From a virus (lineage: Duplodnaviria; Caudoviricetes), in IMG/VR virus record IMGVR_UViG_3300033153_006994, positions 1 to 52,467 of that record: 52,467 nucleotides of DNA; one strand, given 5' to 3'. The notes under the pieces are model-generated. The model ran no database searches. It saw nothing but the letters and a program-made list of their open reading frames with translations, and was not told the DNA's origin. The position numbers and the translations under genes were made by a program. This document shows positions 9,774 to 18,799 of this stretch, one piece after another; positions within the stretch are counted from its first letter, which is position 1; each line of letters opens with the position of its first letter.

Positions 9774-11963
9774 TTAGAGCAGAATGGGCAATTCAATTTC
9801 GATGTCCAAAGTTGTTGTGTTGACTGCACGACCAATACGCACCACATATTGTCCAGCGGCTGTAGGAGCCGTGGATGTGATCCGACCAGCAATGGATGGA
9901 TCAAGGAAGTAGGTAACACCAGCAGACAGAGTAGCCACACCGGTGATATCAGTCCAATCAGATCGTTCAATTCTACCTTCAGTAAGATAGTTGCAAGTGA
10001 ATGTAGGCGAAGTATCCGTGATGGATAATCCTACAACTTGCGTCGTTCCGGCAGCGTTAGCCCGAGCCGAGTTGACATGGCCAGCACCTGTGAGATACAA
10101 TGGGTTACCGATTATGATTGTTGAATCAGCCTCAGCGGAATGGTAATCAATTGTCTCTGGAGTTGCCGGTAAAATAGGATCATTTGGCATGTAGTATCCA
10201 CCTTCCTGCTCGGATCGGATTGCAGAGTATCGTTGAGAAGGTGGTACAACTTGAGGATTCCATGTAGGATCAAGTTCACCTTCAAAACTAAAACTAGCGG
10301 TGAAATTATCGAACCTGTCTTCAACGATAGGTTCATCTGGAGTCGTAATGATACCTTTCCAGTAACGATGCTCCCAATCGATCAATCCAATCTCTTTACC
10401 GAGATAGTCGTTGATAAATGCCAAGAGAGCATGTGCTTCTACGCGGTAAAGACCCGAGAAAGTGAGTACCAATGTCTGAATCTTTGGCCATATAGGATCA
10501 GCGAAGACTATCAAAGTTCCGCCACGAGTCTCTTGCAGGACTCGATTGAAAGCCAATCGATCTTTGTTACCCAAGTTGGGTGCCTTCAAGGAAACTGAAT
10601 CAGTCACGACCCCCATCGAAGGATAGACTAATTGGAATGGTACCTGAATACCAGCCATTGGTCCGCCGATTTCGGCGGGCGGTGGTGTGGGTGCATCCGA
10701 ATCAGAACTATCGCCAACGAATGGTGAGTATTGCCACCGGGTCGATCCAAGGATTAGAGTGTAGGTGGTAGACTGTTGAAGTCCAAGTGTTGATATACTG
10801 GCAAGTCCACGATCAATTGTTACAGCAGCAACACCTGTTAATGATAGTATGCTTATACTAGGTTTGCCTGCCACACCAACTGCTGTTTGAGACAGAACAA
10901 GCGTGCTTGTTGTACTCTCTTCTATTGCCTTTGGGATGGCTTTGTGACTGAAACTGAGCGAACTTGATGCCGAAGCACTTATACCTGTTGCCAAAGCAAC
11001 GTGGGCATTCGCTTTATGTTGAATCGGAATAACGGAGGAAGCTGTATGATTGATGTCAGAGACAACAGTAGCTTCATCACGTAGACCAGTAGCTACTAGT
11101 ACGAGTTCATCGACTTCCCAAACCTCTTCATATGTCGTCAACTCACTTGTTGCTGACACGTGAATCGGTTTCGTTACAATGTTATCGTGAGATAACGTCA
11201 GTGTGTTTGATGCTGTGAGAAATTGAGGATTGATTTTGGTAGTCTGACTGAATTCAATCTGACTCGTTGCATAGAGCTTCTGAACATGTTGCTTAGCAGA
11301 CTGAATCAGAGCTAACTGACTCGATGCCAGAAGTTCTTTTGTCGTTCTTGCATTTTGTACCAAGGTCAGTTGACTGAACCCTTGTAGAATCTTGTCAACA
11401 GAAGCCGTGTCGGTTAGAGTAAGAGTATTACTAGCATCTCTTGCTTTAACCTCGTCATCAGCATAATGAACGAGTGTCAATATACTAGTTGCCGAGGCTG
11501 TTATCAAACCTGAATTAACAGCAGAATCTGTCAATGCAAGAATCGAAGTTGCATCCTCCAAATGTGTCCCTGGAAAAGCAGTCTGCTGAGCCAATACTAG
11601 GGTTGAAGTACCAAACAGGTTCTTGATATTTGTATCGGCTAACTGAGTAAATGCTAATTCGCTTGTAGCGAATTTGTTGAGTTTTACTTGGAGAACAGAA
11701 TTCTGACCTAACGAGAGTGATGAACTACCAGACTTCTCAATAGTCATCGCATCACGAGCAGCTACTTGTGTAAGAATAAGTGTTGAACTTGCTGACTCCT
11801 CATAGATTTGAGAATCTGGAACCAGAACTTCAACCCTAACTCGGGACACATAAATCGTTCCTGTATCCTTCACAAGAGATTCAATTCTCTGACGTGATAC
11901 ACGAATTTCAGGGTCTTCTAAGATTAGAGCTTCAGTTCTCTGACGGGAAACACGAATAGCCAT
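9774..11963 (-). CDS. Multidomain tail scaffold: RVSRQ repeats + about 17 beta-strand repeats + Dit-like + DUF2190-like domain
   Basis: Domain paralogies visible within the window (to 4550..4948, 9280..9762 and 25732..26298). Confidence 0.7.
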   Translation of the reverse strand: MAIRVSRQRTEALILEDPEIRVSRQRIESLVKDTGTIYVSRVRVEVLVPDSQIYEESASSTLILTQVAARDAMTIEKSGSSSLSLGQNSVLQVKLNKFATSELAFTQLADTNIKNLFGTSTLVLAQQTAFPGTHLEDATSILALTDSAVNSGLITASATSILTLVHYADDEVKARDASNTLTLTDTASVDKILQGFSQLTLVQNARTTKELLASSQLALIQSAKQHVQKLYATSQIEFSQTTKINPQFLTASNTLTLSHDNIVTKPIHVSATSELTTYEEVWEVDELVLVATGLRDEATVVSDINHTASSVIPIQHKANAHVALATGISASASSSLSFSHKAIPKAIEESTTSTLVLSQTAVGVAGKPSISILSLTGVAAVTIDRGLASISTLGLQQSTTYTLILGSTRWQYSPFVGDSSDSDAPTPPPAEIGGPMAGIQVPFQLVYPSMGVVTDSVSLKAPNLGNKDRLAFNRVLQETRGGTLIVFADPIWPKIQTLVLTFSGLYRVEAHALLAFINDYLGKEIGLIDWEHRYWKGIITTPDEPIVEDRFDNFTASFSFEGELDPTWNPQVVPPSQRYSAIRSEQEGGYYMPNDPILPATPETIDYHSAEADSTIIIGNPLYLTGAGHVNSARANAAGTTQVVGLSITDTSPTFTCNYLTEGRIERSDWTDITGVATLSAGVTYFLDPSIAGRITSTAPTAAGQYVVRIGRAVNTTTLDIEIELPILL

Positions 11964-11979
11964 GGCAGTGTCCCCTCAG

Positions 11980-13011
11980 TTACGTGTTAGCTCTGATTCC
12001 AAATTGTGCGTCATTAACGCCGGAAGGTGTCCAAGCAGCAACAGTGTCGGGGTCTTGCTCTTCAACCCTTATAGTTGTAACATAAGATGTTGACGTGATA
12101 GTATCCGCTGTACCGGGGTATATTGTAGTCCCTGTCTTGATCAAGTTGCTCAAATCCATGGACCCCGCTGTTACCCTTGTCTCAGTGGTGATTTGAATAC
12201 CATCCACAGAAGCAGTAACTCCAGGAAGATTGTCGTAGGTATACAAGTCATCATCGGCATCCGTGCTTGTCTCATTGTATGTAGTATCTTCATCCAAAAG
12301 ACCACCATCATTGACGTTCTCGTAATTGCTCCCCGCACTAGGAGTCCAATCTGTACTATCACCAGCACCATCAGGATCAAGAGCGATAACTTTCCTGTTC
12401 CCAAGAAAATCATTGTTCACTGATCCCGAACCATCCAAGAAATAGAGATCATCAAACTTAACTACAACACCATTATATACGGCATCAGCAAGTCTAAATG
12501 CTGTGTGGTAAGCATTTGAACCTGGCTGTGTGTCTTGATTTGTTAAGGAAATAAAAGAAGTCCCATTGACTTTCACATCAACAGTTCCCACCGTATTACT
12601 TGTCAGCACTTTTGCTTCAAAATAAAACCAAGTATCAAAGGGGACCGCCGATGTTGAGGTTGCCAAAGTAATCGTATTCATCTTAGCAGTAATATATCCA
12701 GCCGATGTAACTGAGAAATTTACACCTAAATTTGCACCTTCGTACAATTTAATAATGTGAGTGTCAACAGTACACAATGGGATATAAATTGCCATACCGA
12801 TAATACATGTATCATCAGTTGTTAAATGGGGACTTTGTAAGTAACCTAGAGGATCAACTTCAAGACAATTCCCATATCGACCAGTCTCTATATCCATAAA
12901 TGCTTCTCTATTGACGATAGGATATTTACGACCAATGATCCCCGTTGGTGAAGGAGCACCTCCAATAGTAGTTCCAAAACCTTCAAAACCTTCAATCCAA
13001 AGTAATGCCAT
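11980..13011 (-). CDS. LamG/concanavalin-like virion protein, tail copy
   Basis: Start MALLWIEGFEG at 13011 after GGAG; TWFYFE...VKVNG...FDDLY lectin-like motifs; paralog of 26313..27344. Confidence 0.7.
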   Translation of the reverse strand: MALLWIEGFEGFGTTIGGAPSPTGIIGRKYPIVNREAFMDIETGRYGNCLEVDPLGYLQSPHLTTDDTCIIGMAIYIPLCTVDTHIIKLYEGANLGVNFSVTSAGYITAKMNTITLATSTSAVPFDTWFYFEAKVLTSNTVGTVDVKVNGTSFISLTNQDTQPGSNAYHTAFRLADAVYNGVVVKFDDLYFLDGSGSVNNDFLGNRKVIALDPDGAGDSTDWTPSAGSNYENVNDGGLLDEDTTYNETSTDADDDLYTYDNLPGVTASVDGIQITTETRVTAGSMDLSNLIKTGTTIYPGTADTITSTSYVTTIRVEEQDPDTVAAWTPSGVNDAQFGIRANT

Positions 13012-13030
13012 GAGAAGGCTCCTTATATGA

Positions 13031-13075
13031 AAAATGGTGACCAGGTTCGGGTCAAGACCCGAAGCCTGACCACCA
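13031..13075 (-). terminator. Intrinsic terminator after the 203-aa fibre subunit gene
   Basis: TTCGGGTC-aa-GACCCGAA stem with extended pairing, then ATTTTT on the minus strand. Confidence 0.6.
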
Positions 13076-13090
13076 CGAGGGAGAGATTCG

Positions 13091-13702
13091 TTAGGCACTG
13101 ACTGTGTATGTGACCTTCAATTGATCAGCACTGAGAACAGCCACATCACCAGAGAACAGAGCAGTCGCCCAAAGTTTATGTGCTGTACCAGCAGTGTGAT
13201 CACCCTTGACATTGGCATTAGTGCCTGCACAAAGGAAGAGACCTTTAACAGTACCGGAACCGGTAATGTCGAAAACCGTGACTGTATTGTTGGTAATCGA
13301 TTGAGCAGAAGCCGCAGCTTCATCCCAAACAGGTCGAGTCGTCGCACTGTCACCATTACCTGGATCAGTATACAGCTTGAATTCATCCCAACCGTTGCCC
13401 GCCTGATCGATGTCATCATACAGATCAGTACCATTGAGAGCCGAGAAGTTGAGATCATCAATCAGACCCATATACCAAGTGGTCATTGCGGCTACCGCAT
13501 GGAAATGAACATCGAGCAAGTGATTCTTGCCTTCGTTGACAATCCCATTGGGAAAGTGGTACTCATTGATCCTCTGGCCATTTCGCCAATGCTCAACTAC
13601 GTAATGACCACCGAGATCATTAAGATCATTGTGGCCACCGGTTTGGTTCTTGATTACTGTGGCTACCGCACTTTGACCAAGTTTCATTTCAGAGATAGAC
13701 AT
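13091..13702 (-). CDS. Putative high-copy fibre/decoration subunit
   Basis: Start MSISEMKLGQSA at 13702 after GGAG; NGIVNEG, WYMGL, DQLKVTY motifs typical of phage fibre building blocks. Confidence 0.65.
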   Translation of the reverse strand: MSISEMKLGQSAVATVIKNQTGGHNDLNDLGGHYVVEHWRNGQRINEYHFPNGIVNEGKNHLLDVHFHAVAAMTTWYMGLIDDLNFSALNGTDLYDDIDQAGNGWDEFKLYTDPGNGDSATTRPVWDEAAASAQSITNNTVTVFDITGSGTVKGLFLCAGTNANVKGDHTAGTAHKLWATALFSGDVAVLSADQLKVTYTVSA

Positions 13703-13765
13703 GTATTTCTCCACAGGGGAAAGAAGTTGATGAATAGGCACCACTATGATGCCCATCCAGATTGA

Positions 13766-16700
13766 CTAACGTGACGAACCTCGACGTTCTTCGCGACGGA
13801 TGGCTTTCATTACCTCACGAGCAACGATTGTGGGTTTACCAGCCCCACTAACATTGATATCGCCTACATTGGTATTATAGGTGTCCCCACCATTATTATG
13901 GAAAACTGGTTGTTGACCAGCATTCATCGCTTGCAATTGGGAGAAAAATCGTTGTGACGATCTTGCATTGGTAACATATTCTCCAGCAGAGAGCATTGCA
14001 GGAATGGTATCCATTCCACGACCGCCATTGGCAAAGTATCCGACTTGCCCACCCATTGATTGTTTAACGAATGGATTCCGAATGATAGGACCTTGCGCAG
14101 TTGAAACAGCCGCACTGACACTTCCAAGAGTCCCCAGCAACTGTTGAGCCTTCCCATTGGCTGCTTCAAGTCCAGAAGACATCTGTTGAATACCTAAATT
14201 GGTGTTACCAATTTCAGCAGTAACAGCCCCTTGAGTACCTTGCAGTTGCATTGCTGCTTGAGCAGTCTGTTGGACTTTCGTTGGCTGTTCAGCAACAGTT
14301 TGGGAACTTTCCTGTACAGCTTGAGTCAGAGCCTTTTGGGACTGTGTAGCGGCGTTTGTCTTAGACTTGTTGGCATCAATCGCTGCTCCAATCTGCTGGT
14401 TTGCTTTTGCAATTTCGATAGCTTTTTGAATTTGTGCATCTTGCAGTTGTCCAGACTTCAGCATATTCGAGATTTGCAATTCCTGTTGACCCACACCTAA
14501 TCCTGCCCCGGCAGCTTCTTGCAATGTTGGGAGTTTGATAATGGCATCATTCAATGCTTGCAAAGCACCCTCTGCATGAAAACCACGGGAAGCAAGATTT
14601 TCCAATTGTTTGGTCAGAACTTGAACTTGTTCTGGCTCAAACCCCTCCTTGAGTCCCTTATTGATACTCGCTAGGATAACCTCAAAATCAGCAAATTGTT
14701 GCGGCTTGTCACCAATTTCCTTGATTGCTCTTCCGGGTCCTTTTGATAGAGCTTCAAAAAATTCACTGAAGGCTTCACCGGTAGTAACATCCTGGAGACT
14801 AACAAGGGTCGCCCTAATCTTTTGCATCTCGTTATCAAGGGCTGACTGAGCCTGCTTAGCAGCATTGAGTGCAGTGGCTTGCTCTTCCACAGTTTGGGTG
14901 AACTGCCGCATAACCTCGTCAACTTGTTTTGGAGTGTCTATCGCCAACCCTCGCTCTGCGGCGAAAAGTTGAACTTCGACTGGAATCTTTTGGAAGAAAT
15001 CATCAGCAGCATCACGAATCATCCCAAAGATTTCTTGCATGTTCGATGGGAGGGTCATGATTGTATCAATCTCGACCGTTATGTCTCGTGCCTCGATTTC
15101 TTGAAAAAGTTTCCTTACGAGAGGATCAGCACTTTGAGCGAACTCTTCAACTCCTTTCGTGTACGTCTCAAGGTAATTGTCAACAGCTACCTGGGCTTCC
15201 TTTGCCAACTTGGCTTGATCTTCAGGCGTCAAGTCCTTATCTGAAGCTGCCTCCTGGGCTTCAGTCATCTTCTTGATGAGAGAATCCAAATCAGCCCTAT
15301 ATGCAATAATCCCACGTCCAGCTTCAGCTAAACCTTTTGCCCCTTCTTTAGTGACAATTTTTCCTTTCTCAGTTGCTTTCACATAACGATCCTGACGGAT
15401 AGCCAAGAATTTCGATAGATCAGCAGCAATGCGAGTTTCGTTGTTAGACTCTGCAATCCCGAACGCTTGCTCATGGAGAGCAACGAATCTACTCTGAGCA
15501 GCCCTTGCTGCATCAAAATCAGCTTCCGCTGCCAATTTTTGTGCTAAGACATTCTCTTCAGCAGCCTTCTTTCTCAAAAGAGAGATTTGAAGAATAGGAT
15601 CATCCTTGGCAGCTTTGATACCTCGTTGGAACAGGATATCTTGGACTCTTTTAGTCGAGCTTGCTTGCTCCTGTGTAGCACGAGCTAATGCCTTATCGAC
15701 TTCAGCGGCAGCTTTCGTGATCACTGAGATCGCTGCATCCACAGGACCCATCATACTATCGATAGCCCACTGTGTACTCGCAGCAATTACTTGGTTGGCA
15801 TCCTCAGCAGCATTAGCTGCTGCTATGAATTCCTTTCGAGCAACGGCGGCATACTGAGCCAAGAGTTTAGCCCGCTCTGCGAGTGCATCCTTTTCATTTT
15901 GAAGTTCCTTTGTGAGAAGGTCTGCATGAGCCTTGCTACGTTCATCATATGCTCTTGTGATATGCTCGACTTCACTTGTAACCGCGCCTTCAAATCTGCC
16001 AAATACGTTAGCAAGACCAGAAAGGAATTGCTGCCCAAAAACATCAATGAAGGCGTTCTTGAGTTTATTCACTGCCTTGGTAACTTTTTCAGCATCAGTC
16101 GTGATGATCAGATGATACGCTTTATCATAAACCTCACCAAGAGCATCTTTCTGTTCCTTCATTGATTTGTTGAAATGACCTAACTCATCATCAGCCAGAC
16201 CTAAGACACCGGTGAGACCTCGAATACGTGGGAAAAGTTTAGCGATTGCCGCCGCACTTCCATCTGTCGTAGCCGCGATTGCTTTGATAGCCTCTTGAAG
16301 ATTATGGGCTTCAAAAACTTGTTCACCAGTCTCAAATCCCAACTCTCCCATCGCATCTTTCATAGCCTCAGTAGGCTTCAAGAATGCTTGCATCGCGCCT
16401 CGAATCTGAGTGACTACCTTGTCAGTTTTGAGTCCTTGAATAGTGAGTGTAGCTACTGCCGCATTCAATTCCTCCATGGAGATTCCAAGTTTATAAGCAA
16501 TAGGATTGATTGTACCCATACCCTGTGCTAACTCTTCAGCCCTGGTACGACCAAGTTTGATCGTATTAAAGAACTTGGCGGCGACATCTTCTGTCTCAGA
16601 GACTTCCTTTCCAAAGGCATTCAAAGTACCAGAAAGGAGGTTGACCGCTGTAGTCATATCCGTCTTGGTAATCTTGGAAAACTTAGCGGCTGAACCCAGG

Positions 16701-17356
16701 AAGGCTTCAACATCCTTCTCAGTAGAGGCAATCTGATTCGATACTGTTTGATAAGCGGCTTCTGTAGCATCCGCAAGTTCAACATTAAAAGTATTCGAGA
16801 CACGTAAAACCATGTCTTCGATCTTTTCCAGACCACCCAATCCACCTGCGATTGTTCCGATTTCCGCTACTGCTTTTTGGAAAGCGATGGCTTCAGTAAC
16901 AGCATCACTGAGTGCATTTCTGATTGCATTAAGAGTACGTACAATAGCTTGAGTCATGATGACTCGACCCAAAGTCTCCCAGGAAATAGTCCATTTTTTC
17001 GTTTTCTCAGCAGCATCATCGGCTGCCTGACCCGTCTTTTTGCCAGCAGAACTTGCCGCCGCGCCAATCTTATCCAATGCAGATGCCGCTTGTGTTGCAG
17101 CCACATTTGTAGCATCCAGTTTGGTTACACTGGATTGCTTATTCAAATTGGCCATCTGAGTGGCAGCACTACTGGCAGATGTCTTCAATCTCTTGAGGAC
17201 ACCATCGGTCTTGTCAGCCTTCGCATTGAAACTCCCCAGAACCTTTGTTGTGCTACTTACAGCCGACTTAAAGGATCGCATGACTCCATCGAGTTGGTTC
17301 AAAGTCTCAATCGCTTGAGCAGCATTGAAGCCTAATGTTTGTTTGATTTCGGCCAT
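13766..17356 (-). CDS. Tape measure protein (TP901-like core)
   Basis: 1196 aa, Ala/Gln-rich helical; core motifs (AAYQTVS, LGISMEEL.AA.A.LT..G); C-terminal DTIPAMLSAGEYV. Confidence 0.93.
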   Translation of the reverse strand: MAEIKQTLGFNAAQAIETLNQLDGVMRSFKSAVSSTTKVLGSFNAKADKTDGVLKRLKTSASSAATQMANLNKQSSVTKLDATNVAATQAASALDKIGAAASSAGKKTGQAADDAAEKTKKWTISWETLGRVIMTQAIVRTLNAIRNALSDAVTEAIAFQKAVAEIGTIAGGLGGLEKIEDMVLRVSNTFNVELADATEAAYQTVSNQIASTEKDVEAFLGSAAKFSKITKTDMTTAVNLLSGTLNAFGKEVSETEDVAAKFFNTIKLGRTRAEELAQGMGTINPIAYKLGISMEELNAAVATLTIQGLKTDKVVTQIRGAMQAFLKPTEAMKDAMGELGFETGEQVFEAHNLQEAIKAIAATTDGSAAAIAKLFPRIRGLTGVLGLADDELGHFNKSMKEQKDALGEVYDKAYHLIITTDAEKVTKAVNKLKNAFIDVFGQQFLSGLANVFGRFEGAVTSEVEHITRAYDERSKAHADLLTKELQNEKDALAERAKLLAQYAAVARKEFIAAANAAEDANQVIAASTQWAIDSMMGPVDAAISVITKAAAEVDKALARATQEQASSTKRVQDILFQRGIKAAKDDPILQISLLRKKAAEENVLAQKLAAEADFDAARAAQSRFVALHEQAFGIAESNNETRIAADLSKFLAIRQDRYVKATEKGKIVTKEGAKGLAEAGRGIIAYRADLDSLIKKMTEAQEAASDKDLTPEDQAKLAKEAQVAVDNYLETYTKGVEEFAQSADPLVRKLFQEIEARDITVEIDTIMTLPSNMQEIFGMIRDAADDFFQKIPVEVQLFAAERGLAIDTPKQVDEVMRQFTQTVEEQATALNAAKQAQSALDNEMQKIRATLVSLQDVTTGEAFSEFFEALSKGPGRAIKEIGDKPQQFADFEVILASINKGLKEGFEPEQVQVLTKQLENLASRGFHAEGALQALNDAIIKLPTLQEAAGAGLGVGQQELQISNMLKSGQLQDAQIQKAIEIAKANQQIGAAIDANKSKTNAATQSQKALTQAVQESSQTVAEQPTKVQQTAQAAMQLQGTQGAVTAEIGNTNLGIQQMSSGLEAANGKAQQLLGTLGSVSAAVSTAQGPIIRNPFVKQSMGGQVGYFANGGRGMDTIPAMLSAGEYVTNARSSQRFFSQLQAMNAGQQPVFHNNGGDTYNTNVGDINVSGAGKPTIVAREVMKAIRREERRGSSR

Positions 17357-17358
17357 GG

Positions 17359-17853
17359 CTATATCCTATGTCGAGTGACTTTGAGTGATTTCCACGGAGA
17401 TGGCAACTCAATTTCTTTTGCCAACTTCTCAAATGCTCTTTGACCAACTTGTTGGAAATGATAAGGTCCAGGCTTCTTCAATTTGCCCCAGACATTGGGA
17501 TCACTCTCAGGAGTGTTGTACTCATTGTGAACAAGCCAACGAAGGTCTGTTGAATACTCAAACTTGTACTCGACTTTTTGCTTGTCTGCTATCAAGGCTC
17601 CATCACCATGACGTTGACCATATGATATCCGATTGATCGCTTCGGGACTAATTGCGAGCGTGCTTCCGATAGCTCTGGACAATCTGGTAAAAGTAGCCCA
17701 TGAAGCCCCTGACCAAATTGGAATCTCTTGCAGAACTGCCTCTAACCAAACAGAAGCTGCATGAGCGATCTCTTCTGAAAGATTCTCATGCAATCTTCGT
17801 TGGTAATCTGCCATGTCCATTTCAACACTAATGAGTCCGCCTGTAAATTTCAT
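17359..17853 (-). CDS. HK97-gp10-like neck/tail completion protein
   Basis: IPIWSG, NEY and PYHF motifs; size; structural operon context. Confidence 0.5.
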   Translation of the reverse strand: MKFTGGLISVEMDMADYQRRLHENLSEEIAHAASVWLEAVLQEIPIWSGASWATFTRLSRAIGSTLAISPEAINRISYGQRHGDGALIADKQKVEYKFEYSTDLRWLVHNEYNTPESDPNVWGKLKKPGPYHFQQVGQRAFEKLAKEIELPSPWKSLKVTRHRI

Positions 17854-18052
17854 GGTCAGTAATTCTCCAGGTAATCACGGATACTGAACCTCTGAGCAGG
17901 TATTGTTAGAGAAGAGACTATAACCATTGTTCTTGTTCTCGGTTTCGTTCTGCTAACATGTTAGGGTTTCACTTCCTTGCAAATCCCATAATTGTATTGC
18001 TTGGGCAGGTCTCCACTATTGTCCATAATCAATAGTCCTATCAATGGTTCTA

Positions 18053-18295
18053 TCAATGGTGTTTCTTGGAAGAGGAAACCATAGGACAACCCATGGTTTC
18101 CTTTTCGTCATATTGGCAAATTTGATCATATGCAAGAATCGCTGCCTGTGTTTGTACACCATTGTCATCCCATATGGGATTGACACCTGGAGGGAGGATG
18201 CCTATTCGGAGGCAGGCTCTCCAGATGGCGTACTCTCCGGTGCGATATTTAGGCCAGAGGATTCGCTTGGAACCGGAGCCTGCCCACGTAGAAAA
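18053..18295 (-). CDS. Tail assembly chaperone -1 frameshift extension (gpT-like)
   Basis: Open -1 frame from TCT TTT CTA reading STWAGSGSKRILWPKYRTGEYAIWRACLRIG...KKHH-stop at 18053. Confidence 0.7.
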   Translation of the reverse strand, partial: FSTWAGSGSKRILWPKYRTGEYAIWRACLRIGILPPGVNPIWDDNGVQTQAAILAYDQICQYDEKETMGCPMVSSSKKHH

Positions 18296-18732
18296 GACTC
18301 GCGCGCCTGTTCGAGTTTATCCTCGTCGAGACAATTTGCTTGGAAGACGAGATTTTGGATACGATTGACTTCAACTTGATTGAAACCAGAATCGATCAAT
18401 TCTTCGCTCCATCCCAACCATGTTGATGGCTTATCGGCATCAACTTTTTCCCATTCAATATCACTAGGTTCCAGCGATGTGATGACTAACCAGGCAAGAC
18501 GCTTTCGTCCGTAGATTTTCATCATGTCCTTGTAACCAGGCTCTTCAACGTGATCCACCCAGCCTTCTTTCGGTTTGTGAATTCTGGGTGCCGTAGGCTC
18601 AGGACAGAGCTTATTGAATGAATCATAATTCGGAACACCAACCGCACGAAAAACAATGCTCTTTTCCCCACGGGGAAGCACAAGAATTTCTTCTGTTGAC
18701 ATTGTCTTCGGATCTACTCCACCAATTTTCAT
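18202..18732 (-). CDS. Tail assembly chaperone (gpG-like)
   Basis: Directly downstream of tail tube genes; GGAGG SD; overlapping -1 ORF. Confidence 0.75.
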   Translation of the reverse strand: MKIGGVDPKTMSTEEILVLPRGEKSIVFRAVGVPNYDSFNKLCPEPTAPRIHKPKEGWVDHVEEPGYKDMMKIYGRKRLAWLVITSLEPSDIEWEKVDADKPSTWLGWSEELIDSGFNQVEVNRIQNLVFQANCLDEDKLEQARESFLRGQAPVPSESSGLNIAPESTPSGEPASE

Positions 18733-18754
18733 TTTGATTCTCCCTCCAAATAAG

Positions 18755-18792
18755 AAAAAAAGTCTGGGGTGAGTAGTGACCTCACCCCAGAC
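18755..18792 (-). terminator. Intrinsic terminator after the tail tube genes
   Basis: GTCTGGGGTGAG / CTCACCCCAGAC 12-bp stem followed by T7 on the minus strand. Confidence 0.85.
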
Positions 18793-18799
18793 GTAAAAC

